This document shows positions 18,623 through 28,538 of a DNA stretch of 64,000 bases, piece by piece (position 1 is the first letter of the stretch; each line of letters opens with the position of its first letter). A program made the position numbers and the translations under genes. A model generated the notes under the pieces. The model saw only the letters and a list, made by a program, of their open reading frames with translations. It did not search any database and was not told the DNA's origin. The DNA is from a virus. The stretch spans positions 32,001-96,000 of the IMG/VR virus record IMGVR_UViG_3300036832_001166, one strand, 5' to 3'.

Positions 18623-18990
18623 GCGGAGTACGAGCCAGCATCTACCGCAAGGACTGGCAGGACTTCGCCAACGGCGGGCTCTCCAGCTACGTCCGCGAGG
18701 TCACGATCACCGACACCGGCCCGCACCTCGGCGGCTTCCCGCCCGAGGTGGCCGAGTATGAGCCGACCGAGACGGCCCCGGCCGTGCGGCTCGTGGCCCG
18801 CTGGCTCAACGGGCACCGCTACGTTCACGCCGAGCCGGTCGACAAGCCCGAAGGCATGGTCGGGCCGATGTTCGGCGGCACCTACATCGCGATGCACGAC
18901 CTCAGCGCCGAGCAGTGCATCGACTTTCAGGGAGCGATCCCGCTGCACGACCGCTACGAGACGGTCGAGCAGTACGCGAGCTACGACTAG
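18619..18990 (+). CDS. Hypothetical phage protein (DFANGGLSS...GPMFGGTYI)
   Basis: GTGA overlap; strong codon bias. Confidence 0.65.
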   Translation: MSGVRASIYRKDWQDFANGGLSSYVREVTITDTGPHLGGFPPEVAEYEPTETAPAVRLVARWLNGHRYVHAEPVDKPEGMVGPMFGGTYIAMHDLSAEQCIDFQGAIPLHDRYETVEQYASYD

Positions 18991-19056
18991 GTGAAGATGG
19001 CCGCCCCCGAGCGGCCACGCCCGGCAGAATCCATCTGGGGGAGCGCCCAAAGGCGG

Positions 19057-19068
19057 CCGTAGTATCGG
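19057..19068 (+). promoter_or_regulatory. Candidate late promoter (CATCTG-N19-CCGTAGTATCGG)
   Basis: Same motif and spacing recurs at 24964-25000. Confidence 0.55.
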
Positions 19069-19076
19069 GGCTCAGC

Positions 19077-20582
19077 ATGAGTGCCACGGTCACAGCGGAC
19101 CCTTCCACTGACACGCTTGAGCTGCGGGAGGCGATGTACGCGCTCCCGCGCAGCGCCGTCGAGTTCCCGATCGAGCTGCAAGAGGCGCGTGTTCAGCGGC
19201 TCGTCGACGACGGTCTCAGCCTGGAAGAAGCAGCCGCGCGCGAGGAGCAGGAGCGCTCCAAACTGCTGCCGCTGCACATCCTGCGGCCGTGCCTCGGCAA
19301 GGGCAAGGGCCGCCACCTCTACGAGGCCAAGATGCTGGAGGAGAACGCCACCAAGTTCGCGGGCTGGCGCCAGTACATCGACCATCTCTCCCCGGAGGCT
19401 CGCCGCGCCGCCAAGGGTCTGCCCCGCTCGATCCGCGACCTGGGCGGACGGATCGTCGAGAGCTACTGGGACGGCAGCGTGCCGCCCAACCCCGACAAGG
19501 GGTTCGACCAGGGCGCCGTGGTCGGCTGGTCGCTCCCGACACCGTTCATCCGTGAGCTGGCCGAGAACGACCCCGAGCTGGTCGAGGCGTCGATCTCCGC
19601 GAACGCCACCAGCGTGCAGCCGATCATGCGCGACGGCAAGCGAGCGTGGCTGGTCGAAGGCATCGAGGACCGCGGAAGCGTTGACTGGGTGACGGAGGCG
19701 GGCGCGGGCGGCCGCGTCGTCGCGTTGATGGAAGCTGCCTACGAGGAGGACGGGATGGGACTGCTTGAGTCCATGACCGACGAGGAGTTCATCGCCTACG
19801 TCGAAGAGGTGCGCCCCCACCTGCTCACCGAGCAGTCCGACGGCGACGCCGAGGATGCGAAGGATGGTGGCGACGACGAGCTGGAGGAAATGATCGCGCG
19901 GATGATGAAGCGCAATCCCAAGCTCACCCGCGGCCAGGCCGAGGCGATGGCCAAGAAGGCTCTCGCTCAGTCGAGTTCGTCAGTGGCGGAAGCCGAGATC
20001 ACAAAGGAGACAGACATGGGTGCGATCACCCCAGAGGCGCTCCAGGAGGCTCTCCAGAGTGAGGACTCTCGCGGCGCCCTTGAGACGATCATCGGGCCGC
20101 TCGTCGAGGAGCGCGTCAAGACGCTGGTCGAGACGGCGGTGGCGGGCGAGCGAGAGCTGATCCGCGCGGAGGCGCGCGCCGACGCTGACCGGCAGCTTGA
20201 GCTGCGCGACATGCGCGACGACGCGCACCGGCAGATCAGCGAGGCCAAGCTTCCCGGAGCGTTCACGGACCGTGCCAAGGCGCTGTTCGAGATCACCGAC
20301 GACGGCCCGACGTCGACGTTGGACGTTGTCGATGACGTCGACGACGACGGCCACGTCACCAAGAAGGCGGCCGACAAGCTCCAGGAGGCGGTGGATGCCG
20401 CCGTCCAGGATCAGCGCGAGCTGCTCGCCGCGGCGAACCCGACGACCGTCCGCGGTCAGGGTCCGGGCGCTCCCGCTAAGCGCGGCGAGGACGGGGAGGA
20501 GGCGAAGAAGGGCGAGGGAACGCTCTACGGCGCCTTGCTTCAGGAAGCAGGAGTCGATCCCTCCAAGGCGTGGGACGACTGA
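19077..20582 (+). CDS. Capsid maturation protease/scaffold fusion protein
   Basis: ILRPCLGKG...YIDH...RSIRDLGG N-terminal domain; acidic helical C-terminus; lies just upstream of decoration and capsid genes. Confidence 0.75.
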   Translation: MSATVTADPSTDTLELREAMYALPRSAVEFPIELQEARVQRLVDDGLSLEEAAAREEQERSKLLPLHILRPCLGKGKGRHLYEAKMLEENATKFAGWRQYIDHLSPEARRAAKGLPRSIRDLGGRIVESYWDGSVPPNPDKGFDQGAVVGWSLPTPFIRELAENDPELVEASISANATSVQPIMRDGKRAWLVEGIEDRGSVDWVTEAGAGGRVVALMEAAYEEDGMGLLESMTDEEFIAYVEEVRPHLLTEQSDGDAEDAKDGGDDELEEMIARMMKRNPKLTRGQAEAMAKKALAQSSSSVAEAEITKETDMGAITPEALQEALQSEDSRGALETIIGPLVEERVKTLVETAVAGERELIRAEARADADRQLELRDMRDDAHRQISEAKLPGAFTDRAKALFEITDDGPTSTLDVVDDVDDDGHVTKKAADKLQEAVDAAVQDQRELLAAANPTTVRGQGPGAPAKRGEDGEEAKKGEGTLYGALLQEAGVDPSKAWDD

Positions 20583-20611
20583 GGCCATCGGTAGGCAGAA
20601 AGGAGTGACTC

Positions 20612-21010
20612 ATGCCGTATAACCGCCCAGGCCCAGGCGTCTACGTCACCAACGGCGCCACGCCCATCGCGCACGGTTCGCCGCAGTACGCCGCGGGGTT
20701 CGTCGGCGTCGCGGTCAAGCAGTTGGCGCGAGTGTGGAGCGACTCGTTCGCGGTCCAGGCACAGATCGACGCGAACGAGCCGTACTTCCTCATCACGAAG
20801 GGTGTGGTCCAGGTGTCGAACGCCGGGATCAGCGCGAACGTCAAGGGCGACACGATCTACATGACGAACGCCACCGGAGTCCTGACACCGACCGGTCCGG
20901 GGTCGGGCACCGTCTCCAAGTTCGGCCGGATCGTCGAGGTGGCCGGGCAGCGCGGCACGCCAGCAGGCAAGGTCAGGATCGACCTGGATACGAAGGACAG
21001 CTTCGTCTAG
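20612..21010 (+). CDS. Capsid decoration/cement protein (DUF2190-like)
   Basis: Size, position before the MCP, FVGVAV...TKGVVQV...GDTIY motif. Confidence 0.7.
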   Translation: MPYNRPGPGVYVTNGATPIAHGSPQYAAGFVGVAVKQLARVWSDSFAVQAQIDANEPYFLITKGVVQVSNAGISANVKGDTIYMTNATGVLTPTGPGSGTVSKFGRIVEVAGQRGTPAGKVRIDLDTKDSFV

Positions 21011-21121
21011 TTCTCAGCCGGGTCCCCCCACCCGGCTGAGTCGGCCCTCGGGCATCATCATGGGCGCGTTGCGCCTTGGCGGGGAAGCAGCGACAGATTC
21101 ATCATCCAAGGAGCAACGCAC

Positions 21122-22177
21122 ATGAACGGCAATCCATACGGGATCTTCGGGCGGCCGATCCGGCTGCTTGAGGCTTACCGCGAGTGGAGGGACGAGCGGA
21201 TGCTGGAGGAGGCCGACTCCAAGGCCGACTTCCCGTCGTTCCTGTTCGGCCCGGTCCGCCAGTCGATGTGGACCGGCTACAGCCGCGCGCAGGCACAGTA
21301 CCAGCGCTACACCCGGCAGGAGTCCGCGCCGGACTTCCGTGACCGGCGGCTGCGTGGCCTCAACGGCCTGCTCGGGATCGGCTACGTGGGCGACCACGGG
21401 CACTATCCCGGGCTGGCTCGCACGGAGCGCCCGGCGGCCCGGCTGGCGGTCGACACCTACGGTGGCGTCTACCAGATCACCCGCCAGGCGATCATCAACG
21501 ACGACAGCAACGAGCTGCTGAACCGCAACCCGGCCGACATGGGCTACGCGGCCGGGGTGTTCATCCTGCAGACCGTGATCGCGATGATCCAGAACCCCGG
21601 CAACGCGCCGGACGGCAACCCGTTCTACAGCGTCGGCCGCGGCAACCAGGTGGTCACGCCGCTGTCCGAGGACGCGATCGCGGACGCGATCGGGTTCATG
21701 GAGTCCCAGGTGGACGACGACGGCCGTCAGATCGTTGTCACGCCGAGCCTCCTGGTGGTCCGCAGCGCGCGGATGCAGATGATCGCCCAGCGGATCCTCA
21801 ACTCGACCCAGACCGGCGTCAACATCCAGTACGCGGGCGCCCCCGGGATTGGGTCCAACGTGTTCGACAAGGGCACGATCAACCCGCTGGCCGGGATCCT
21901 GCCCGCCGACGGCGTGATCCGCGACCCGTGGTTCTCGGACTCCAACGACTGGTATCTGTTCGCGGATCCGGGCGACGTTCCGGGGTTCGCGGTCGGCTTC
22001 CTCAACGGGCAGTCCGAGCCGCAGGTGATGCTCAAGGATCCGATGGTCCGGATGGCGCTCGGCGCCGGAACGGACCCGTACCAGTACGAACTCGATTCCG
22101 TCGACTTCAAGGTCCGTTCGGACTTCGGTGTCGCGCCCGTCGATCCGCGCGGCGCGTTCCGCGCCATCGTCCCCTGA
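21122..22177 (+). CDS. Major capsid protein, Mu gpT-like
   Basis: TYGGVYQITRQAIINDD; DGNPF; WYLFADP; FLNG..P; FKVRSDFGVAPVDPRG. Confidence 0.92.
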   Translation: MNGNPYGIFGRPIRLLEAYREWRDERMLEEADSKADFPSFLFGPVRQSMWTGYSRAQAQYQRYTRQESAPDFRDRRLRGLNGLLGIGYVGDHGHYPGLARTERPAARLAVDTYGGVYQITRQAIINDDSNELLNRNPADMGYAAGVFILQTVIAMIQNPGNAPDGNPFYSVGRGNQVVTPLSEDAIADAIGFMESQVDDDGRQIVVTPSLLVVRSARMQMIAQRILNSTQTGVNIQYAGAPGIGSNVFDKGTINPLAGILPADGVIRDPWFSDSNDWYLFADPGDVPGFAVGFLNGQSEPQVMLKDPMVRMALGAGTDPYQYELDSVDFKVRSDFGVAPVDPRGAFRAIVP

Positions 22178-22195
22178 TCGGCCCCCCAAGGGACC

Positions 22196-22229
22196 AGCGG
22201 CGGCGGCTCGGGGCCGCCGCCGCTCGTTT
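22196..22229 (+). terminator. Intrinsic terminator-like hairpin after MCP
   Basis: AGCGGCGGCGGC-tcggg-GCCGCCGCCGCT followed by CGTTT. Confidence 0.65.
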
Positions 22230-22295
22230 GTGACCCCCCTCCAGGGCACGGGTAGCCTTGTCGGCAGACGACCAGCCCGAAGGAGGCGACTGAAG

Positions 22296-22853
22296 GTGCC
22301 CAGAGGCAACGACGCAGACGCAGCGGGGCAGGAGATGGCAGCCCGCACGGGCCAGAACCCGAACGCTGAGACGATGATCGCGGAGAACCAGGCGCGCTGG
22401 CCCGAGCAGCTCCTCGCGGCGAACAACCGCCCGATCGACGCGGAGGCCACCGAGGAGATGAGCGAGGAGGATGCTCAGGGCCTGCTCGACGACGACAACG
22501 TCACGGTGCTCAGCTACGCGGTGCGCGGCCCGTTCGTTGTGGTCGTCTACGAGGACGCGGACGGCAACGTGTCCAAGCAGGCGTTCGCGCGCGAGGGTCA
22601 CGAGAAGCAGGCCGAGCGGCTCGCACCCAAGCGGGGGGACAAGGACGCCGAGAAGGCTGACGAGAAGTATCGCGAGCGGGCCGAGAAGCGGGCCGAGAAG
22701 CGCGCGAAGGAAGCAGAGCAGGCGGAGGAGGAGCAGGCCGAGGAGGACGGCAGCGAGGCTGAGGCGCCGCCTGCCGAGCCCCCGGCAGCCGAGGCCGCTG
22801 CGGCTGGTGCTGCGACGAGGCCTCCGGCCGGTCGCGGCGCGCGCCGCCAGTAG
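22296..22853 (+). CDS. Hypothetical head-associated protein
   Basis: AAGGAGG RBS; GTG 22296. Confidence 0.7.
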   Translation: MPRGNDADAAGQEMAARTGQNPNAETMIAENQARWPEQLLAANNRPIDAEATEEMSEEDAQGLLDDDNVTVLSYAVRGPFVVVVYEDADGNVSKQAFAREGHEKQAERLAPKRGDKDAEKADEKYRERAEKRAEKRAKEAEQAEEEQAEEDGSEAEAPPAEPPAAEAAAAGAATRPPAGRGARRQ

Positions 22854-22867
22854 GAGGGGGAGCGACG

Positions 22868-23452
22868 GTGAGCGTCACGCCAACGGCGGTGCTGCCGCCC
22901 ACCGTCACCGACCTGACGAGCTGGAGCCGGATCGACTTCTCGTCGCTCGACGCGCCGTACACCGACGACGATCTGGAGGTGCAGATCGTCCGCGCGACGG
23001 GGTACTTGACCGCGGTCACCGGCCGCGCGATGGACGACACGATGCCGCCCCCGCTCGTGCCGATCGCGCAGGACGCCTACCAGCTCCAGGTCGAGCAGCA
23101 GGTGTTCAAGAGCCAGCCGGACTACGTCGAGACGTCGAGCGACGATCTGATCTCGTCGTTCTCGGCGGGCAACTACTCCGAGACCCGAAAGGAGCCGGGA
23201 CGCTCGCGCTACACCGGCCTGACGACGGGCCTGCCGAACATCAACCCGGACCCGCGGCTCAACACCGACATCTGGCTGCTCTGCACTCCGCAGATGCAGG
23301 ACTACTGGCGTTTCATCCTGCAGAACCAGGGCGCGCCGACGACCGAGACCACCGAGGTTGACTGGGGCAACTACGACGGGCTGTACCCGTACAGCTACGG
23401 CGTCGGCATGTACCAGCGCGGGGTGCTCGATCCGAGCGTCTGGGGCGCGTAG
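22868..23452 (+). CDS. Head-tail adaptor
   Basis: Position; helical domain followed by SFSAGNYSET motif. Confidence 0.7.
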   Translation: MSVTPTAVLPPTVTDLTSWSRIDFSSLDAPYTDDDLEVQIVRATGYLTAVTGRAMDDTMPPPLVPIAQDAYQLQVEQQVFKSQPDYVETSSDDLISSFSAGNYSETRKEPGRSRYTGLTTGLPNINPDPRLNTDIWLLCTPQMQDYWRFILQNQGAPTTETTEVDWGNYDGLYPYSYGVGMYQRGVLDPSVWGA

Positions 23453-23850
23453 TGTCGCTGAACTCCGCGCTCGTTGACCGGGCCCGGCGAGTCAGCGACA
23501 CGCCAACCGGCGAGAAGGTCGAGGGCACGACCACGTTTCAGACGCTGCACGGCCCGTGGTTCAAGGTGCGGCTCACGCTGGCACCAGCGCCCGAGTCCGA
23601 CGATCCGCAGGCCGCCCGCCGACGCGTCCCGCATCCCGGGACGATCCTGTGCGGCGTCAAGGACGCCGACGGCGGCGTGGTCACGGTCAGCGCCGCGGAC
23701 CGGCTGTGGGTCGACTCCAAGGAGCTGGGCGGCGCGCTGTATGAGATCACCTCCGACGGCGAGCCGATCCGCAAGAAGCGCAAGCTGATCGGCTGGATGG
23801 CGAACATCACCCGCCTGGAGGAGCACTCCTTCACCCCGGCCGAGCTGTGA
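23452..23850 (+). CDS. Head closure/stopper protein
   Basis: Position; D+L.VD...YEI...P beta fold. Confidence 0.7.
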   Translation: MSLNSALVDRARRVSDTPTGEKVEGTTTFQTLHGPWFKVRLTLAPAPESDDPQAARRRVPHPGTILCGVKDADGGVVTVSAADRLWVDSKELGGALYEITSDGEPIRKKRKLIGWMANITRLEEHSFTPAEL

Positions 23851-24407
23851 CTCCCATCCTCGGCGGCAAGTACGAGGCGTACTACGTTGGGCCGACGCTC
23901 GCGGACCTGTTCGACCCCAGGCCCGCGGAGCGCGCGGCGGAGCGGATGGCCGAGAAGGGCGGCGACAAGCTGCACGACCTGGTGGTCGGGCTGACGCCGA
24001 TCAAGACCGGCAACCTGGCCACGAGCTGGTATCGAAAGCCGACGCTTGTGACCAAGAGCGTGCGGGGAACGCGGTATAGGTCGACCGTTGCGACGGACGT
24101 CGACTATGCGCCGTACGTCAACTACGGGACGGGGCTGTGGGGCCCGGAGCATCGCAAGTACCTGATCGAGCCGCATCCGCCCAACCAGATGCTGTCGTGG
24201 ATCGACCCGCTGACCGGCCGTCGCGTGTTTGCGCGCCGCGTGTGGCATCCCGGCAGTCCCGGCCATCACATGGTCGAGGAGGGCACCCAGTTCCTCGGGA
24301 CGATGCTGAACGTCACGATGGCGAGTGAGATGGAGCGGTTCAAGGGCGAGATGGAGGCGCAGGCGGTGCGTGCGCAGGCTCGGGCGAGGACGCACCGGTG
24401 GCTGTGA
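23847..24407 (+). CDS. HK97 gp10-like neck protein
   Basis: TPIKTGNLATSW...VDYAPYVNYGT...HPG motif. Confidence 0.8.
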   Translation: MTPILGGKYEAYYVGPTLADLFDPRPAERAAERMAEKGGDKLHDLVVGLTPIKTGNLATSWYRKPTLVTKSVRGTRYRSTVATDVDYAPYVNYGTGLWGPEHRKYLIEPHPPNQMLSWIDPLTGRRVFARRVWHPGSPGHHMVEEGTQFLGTMLNVTMASEMERFKGEMEAQAVRAQARARTHRWL

Positions 24408-24961
24408 CCAGCCTCGACGTCGGCCGGACGAACACCGACGCGCTGCGCTCGGTCAAGCGCTACGTCGCCGCCGCGCTCGGCGACGCGTGGGAGGTGCGAC
24501 TGTCGCGCGAGGAGGGCGCGTTTGACCGGCCGTTCGCCCGCGTGTGGCAGGTGGCGGGCACGACCTACCCGTTGACCGGCGGCCGCTGGCTGGCTGACGT
24601 CGTGCAACCGTTCGTGATCTCCGCCTACCCGGAGGCGGGCGACACGCCCGACAACGCGCTGATCGGTGCGCAGGCAGTCGAGGAGCTGCTGTACGCCGCG
24701 TTCCGCTGCGGGGTGGCGGATGGGCGTCCGCTGCGCGTGCCGCTGTACAGCTACACGGGGGTCGCGCTCAACGGGGCGGGCAGCCCGCTGCCGCTGGCGT
24801 TCATGCGCGTCAACGACCTGTCGACGCAGCCGTTTCCCGACCCGGACGAGAACCGTCTGTGGACGGTCGTGTGCGACGTTCGGCTGACCTGGCGCAGGCT
24901 GTCGGATGCGCGTCCTGGCACCCAGCCGCTCACCGACGTGACGGTCGCGCCGACGCCCTGA
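24404..24961 (+). CDS. Tail terminator/completion protein
   Basis: Synteny between neck and sheath genes. Confidence 0.6.
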   Translation: MTSLDVGRTNTDALRSVKRYVAAALGDAWEVRLSREEGAFDRPFARVWQVAGTTYPLTGGRWLADVVQPFVISAYPEAGDTPDNALIGAQAVEELLYAAFRCGVADGRPLRVPLYSYTGVALNGAGSPLPLAFMRVNDLSTQPFPDPDENRLWTVVCDVRLTWRRLSDARPGTQPLTDVTVAPTP

Positions 24962-24988
24962 TTCATCTGTGGCCGCTCGCTTGCGGCG

Positions 24989-25000
24989 CCGTAGTATCGG
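24989..25000 (+). promoter_or_regulatory. Candidate late promoter (second copy)
   Basis: CATCTG 24964-69, CCGTAGTATCGG 24989-25000, upstream of the sheath operon. Confidence 0.55.
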
Positions 25001-25036
25001 CGGCAGCCCGTCTGAGGGCTCACAGAGAGGAGCACG

Positions 25037-25357
25037 GTGGCGGAATCAGGATCACGTCAGAGCAAGGTAACCAAGGCGGCCGCCGCTGCGGACGAGCCCA
25101 CGGTCGAGCCCACGGTCGAGCCCACGGTCGAGCCCACGACCGAGGACACGGAGGACGCGACCGCGGAGGAGGTCGAGGTCTCGGTTGCTCACCTGATTGA
25201 GGAAGGTCCAGACTTCCTGGGTCAGCCGTCCTACGTTGTAGCGGGGGCCCTGAGCGGGCACGACCCTGCCGAGGTGATGACGGTCGGCGAGGGCCGGGTC
25301 GCGGTGGAGGCGTGGCTCCAGCAGCCGGTTCAGGTCGAAGGCGACGAGGAGGGATAA
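25037..25357 (+). CDS. Small acidic tail-associated protein (sheath-upstream family)
   Basis: GAGGAG RBS; FLGQPSYVVAGAL...AVEAWL. Confidence 0.7.
   Translation: MAESGSRQSKVTKAAAAADEPTVEPTVEPTVEPTTEDTEDATAEEVEVSVAHLIEEGPDFLGQPSYVVAGALSGHDPAEVMTVGEGRVAVEAWLQQPVQVEGDEEG
25094..25138 (+). repeat. 12-bp tandem repeat GAGCCCACGGTC x3.75 (EPTV)
   Basis: Read directly from the sequence. Confidence 0.9.
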
Positions 25358-25363
25358 CGACAC

Positions 25364-26878
25364 ATGCCTGGCGTCTTCTCCAAGAGTGCGCGACCGGCTC
25401 GACCGGGCGCCTACTTCGACTGGGCCTCGGTGCCCGTGTCGACCATCCTGCCGAACATCGGCTCGGTCGTGCTGGTGGCGATCACGCACGACTGGGGTCC
25501 GGCCGGGACGGTCGTGTCGTGCGGCTCGCTGGGGGACTTCCAGGCCGCGTTCGGGATGACCACCCTGATCGGCGGCGCGCCAGCGCCCGGCTACGCAGCG
25601 GTCAAGCAGTGCTTCAAGGGCGAGGGTCTTGCTGGTCGCGGCGGCGCTGGAACGGTCCTTGTCTACCGCATGGTCGGCACCAGCGGCAAGGCGGCGACGA
25701 TCACGATTCAGAACACAACGCCCGCCAATGCGCTCTCTCTCACCGCTAAGTACCCGGGCGCGTTCGGCAATCAGATCGGCTTCAAGAGCCACGTCAACGC
25801 TGCGGATGCGACGAAGAATGACCTGCAGATCTGGGTCGCCGGGCAGATGGTCGAGGTGTACACCTACACGAAGGCCACGATTTCGAGCCTGGTCACTCAG
25901 ATCAACGATCCGATCGCGGGCTCGGACTGGGTGACGGCCACGCTCATTCTCGACGGGACGGCGCTCCCGGTCACCACAACGCCGGACACGGTCACATCGC
26001 TGGCCACGGGGGACAGCGGCTCGACGCTCGTCCAGCAGGACTGGGTCAACATGACCAACGGGGTCACCGGCGCTCGCTTCTCGCTGTTCGCCGGGTACGA
26101 CGTGACCGACCCGACGACGCTGACCGCGCTGCAGGGATGGTGTTCGAACGCCAACGTGACGGGTCACCGGTTCATGATGGTCTGCGGCGGAGCGGCCAGC
26201 GACACGGCCGTCACGGCCATCGCACGCTCGGCGTCGATCGTGACGGCGTCACAGGCGGCGGGCACCAGCGGGGAGAACACGGTCAATCTCGGCGTCGGGT
26301 CGCTGTACGACTCCGACCTTGGCGCCACGCTCTCGACCTCGCAGCTTGCGCCACGAGTGGCGGGCATCCTGGCGGCGCGCGGCGAGTCGATGAGCATCAC
26401 GTTCGCGCGACTGGCGGATACGTCGGCGGGAGTGCTCCCGATCGACTCAGACGTCACGAAGTGCTTCAACGGCGGCGTTGTCGTGTTCGGTCAGGACTCC
26501 AACCCGGACTCGCCGATCCGGATCGAGAAGGGCCTGACCTGCTACATCGGCGGCGACTCCACCAAGCCGTACCTGATCTACCGTCAGCCGAAGTTCATGC
26601 GCACGATGCACGGCATCGAGCTGGACATCACCGAGTGGGCTGCGTCCAACGCGATCGGATCGCTGCAGGTCAACGACGCCACGCGCGCGTTCATCGTCGG
26701 TTACGCCCATTCGGCGATTCAGGCGCGCGCGGATCGAGGCGTGATCCAGACGGGCTTCAGTGTCGGCATCGACCCGATTCCGCCGCCGAGTGACGACGAC
26801 GAGTTCGTGGCCCTGCTCTACGGCATTGCGTTCGGCCGCTCCGTCGAGCAGATCTACAACCTCGTGTACATCAGCTAG
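25364..26878 (+). CDS. Contractile tail sheath protein
   Basis: RPGAYF N-terminus; KYPGAFGN; sheath C-domain (IEKGLT...RTMHGI...EQIY). Confidence 0.92.
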   Translation: MPGVFSKSARPARPGAYFDWASVPVSTILPNIGSVVLVAITHDWGPAGTVVSCGSLGDFQAAFGMTTLIGGAPAPGYAAVKQCFKGEGLAGRGGAGTVLVYRMVGTSGKAATITIQNTTPANALSLTAKYPGAFGNQIGFKSHVNAADATKNDLQIWVAGQMVEVYTYTKATISSLVTQINDPIAGSDWVTATLILDGTALPVTTTPDTVTSLATGDSGSTLVQQDWVNMTNGVTGARFSLFAGYDVTDPTTLTALQGWCSNANVTGHRFMMVCGGAASDTAVTAIARSASIVTASQAAGTSGENTVNLGVGSLYDSDLGATLSTSQLAPRVAGILAARGESMSITFARLADTSAGVLPIDSDVTKCFNGGVVVFGQDSNPDSPIRIEKGLTCYIGGDSTKPYLIYRQPKFMRTMHGIELDITEWAASNAIGSLQVNDATRAFIVGYAHSAIQARADRGVIQTGFSVGIDPIPPPSDDDEFVALLYGIAFGRSVEQIYNLVYIS

Positions 26879-26888
26879 GAGGTGAGCG

Positions 26889-27434
26889 ATGCCTGACATC
26901 GGATCAAGCGAGGGCCTGTATCGGTTCTCGGGGATGTACGGCTACGTGATCATGGACGGCTTCGTCCGTGCCGAGATCACGAACGTCACGGCGACGATCA
27001 CGATCGCCAAGGTCGAGCTGCCGCTCGTGGGCTCCACCCGCATGGGCATCAAGCCCGGCCGGGAGACGCGCGACGGCACCTTCTCGGTGCAGAAGATCGA
27101 CACGCACTGGGAGAAGTACGTGTACAGCTACCTGTCGCAGAGCCTCGCGCAGCGGCGCGCCGCGCGTGGGACGCAAGCGGGCATGATGCGGGCGTTCGCG
27201 ATGCAGGTGTGGCTGGACGACCCGGACGCGCTCGGGTTTGAGGTGTGGCAGCTCAACGGCTGCCTCATCTGGGATCTGCCGCTTGGGTTTGACATCACCG
27301 CCGACGTCATCGACAAGCAGTTCAGCTTCGGCTGGGAGACCGAGAAGCCGCTGGAGAGCTTCGAGATCAACCAGGGTCAGACCAACCCGGCCACCGGCCA
27401 GCCCGCGGTCTCGGTGCTCGACTCGCTGAGCTGA
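26889..27434 (+). CDS. Tail tube protein (XkdM-like)
   Basis: Follows sheath; GMYGYVIMDG...GTFSVQKID. Confidence 0.8.
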   Translation: MPDIGSSEGLYRFSGMYGYVIMDGFVRAEITNVTATITIAKVELPLVGSTRMGIKPGRETRDGTFSVQKIDTHWEKYVYSYLSQSLAQRRAARGTQAGMMRAFAMQVWLDDPDALGFEVWQLNGCLIWDLPLGFDITADVIDKQFSFGWETEKPLESFEINQGQTNPATGQPAVSVLDSLS

Positions 27435-27438
27435 CCGG

Positions 27439-27648
27439 GTGATCGTCGATCACGAGAGAGCGTGGATGGAGATGAAGGCCTTCCTGCTCTCCAAGAACTC
27501 GCACGGACAGCGCGACCTGCTGGCGCGAATGGCGCAGATCGAGGTCGACTGCCGCGTGCCCGAGGAGTTCCGGGCGTTCGACCCCGGTCCTCTCCCGCAT
27601 AGGGAGCCCGCTACGCACGCACTCCGCGAGGTGCGGCGGCATGGCTGA
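27439..27648 (+). CDS. Hypothetical protein
   Basis: ORF in tail operon. Confidence 0.45.
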   Translation: MIVDHERAWMEMKAFLLSKNSHGQRDLLARMAQIEVDCRVPEEFRAFDPGPLPHREPATHALREVRRHG

Positions 27649-27693
27649 TCTGTCACACCGTCGCGAGGCCACCGGCCCCGAAGGAGTCACACC

Positions 27694-28281
27694 ATGTCTG
27701 ACACCGCCACACCGGCGCAGCCGCCCACGCCGAGGGAGCGCGAAGCTCCCCAGCCGCTGCCGCCCCCGACGGCCCTAAGGGGCCGCGAAGACCGGCCCGA
27801 CCGGCTCACGCCCGAAGTCCTGGAAGCGCTCGCCTCCGACAAGCAAGTCACCGGCAACGAGGCGCAATCCGCCCTGGACTGGTTCCTGTCTGAGGAGCCC
27901 GAGCAGGACGAGGAGCAGACACACACCATCGAGCTGAACGTCGGCGTCGGCGAGAAGGAGCACTGGATCTCGTGGGTGGTGCGCCCCATCGACTCGGACG
28001 AGCTGCGCCGGATCCAGCGCCAGACCCAGGCGTTGCGGCGCCGCGGCCGCCAGGACGATCTCGCCGTCGACCAGCTCGGCAACCTGAAGGTGATCATCGC
28101 GGGCTCAGTCGAGCCGGACATCGTGACCATCGCTCAGGAGCAGGGCAAGCAGCCGGAGTCGATCCTGCTGAAGCGGTTCATCAAGAAGCCGGGGCTGATC
28201 GCGCAGCTCGCCGGGCAGATCATGGCGCTGTCGGGGTTCGACGACGAGGACGTCCGCGACGCGCTGATCGCAAAAAACTGA
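27694..28281 (+). CDS. Tail assembly chaperone (short form)
   Basis: Between tube and tape measure; ends at slippery A AAA AAC TGA. Confidence 0.85.
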   Translation: MSDTATPAQPPTPREREAPQPLPPPTALRGREDRPDRLTPEVLEALASDKQVTGNEAQSALDWFLSEEPEQDEEQTHTIELNVGVGEKEHWISWVVRPIDSDELRRIQRQTQALRRRGRQDDLAVDQLGNLKVIIAGSVEPDIVTIAQEQGKQPESILLKRFIKKPGLIAQLAGQIMALSGFDDEDVRDALIAKN

Positions 28282-28535
28282 TCAAGGCCGGGGGCGAAGC
28301 GCAGCTCCTGTTCCTGGCCTGGAGGTACGGCGGTGCCGATCCCTACCGGATGTACAACGGGCTCGACGAGGACTACCGGCCGCCGGGGCGCGCCGACGCG
28401 ATCCCGCATCCACCGACGTACCCGTCGCGGCTGCGTCACTTCGTCTACGGCTGCGGGCTCATGGCGCTCGACAACGAGAGCAGGCTCGCCGGAGGGAAGT
28501 CGGGTCAGAGAGTCTCGCGTGCGCTGGGAGGCTAA
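28272..28535 (+). CDS. Tail assembly chaperone -1 frameshift extension
   Basis: X XXY YYZ heptamer AAAAAAC at 28272-78; -1 frame open (KLIKAGGEAQLLFLAWRY...) to 28535. Confidence 0.8.
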   Translation, partial: KKLIKAGGEAQLLFLAWRYGGADPYRMYNGLDEDYRPPGRADAIPHPPTYPSRLRHFVYGCGLMALDNESRLAGGKSGQRVSRALGG

Positions 28536-28538
28536 GCC

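Noticed and set aside
19433-19450. Array 1 self-match to RDLGG in this phage's scaffold/protease
   Set aside because: Only 5 consecutive dinucleotides match and the flanks do not; expected by chance. The HK97 motif explains about 20 units
21610-21625. Array 2 mid-section matching DGNPF in the major capsid gene
   Set aside because: 5 units, needs an alternative parse, and the flanks mismatch; consistent with chance
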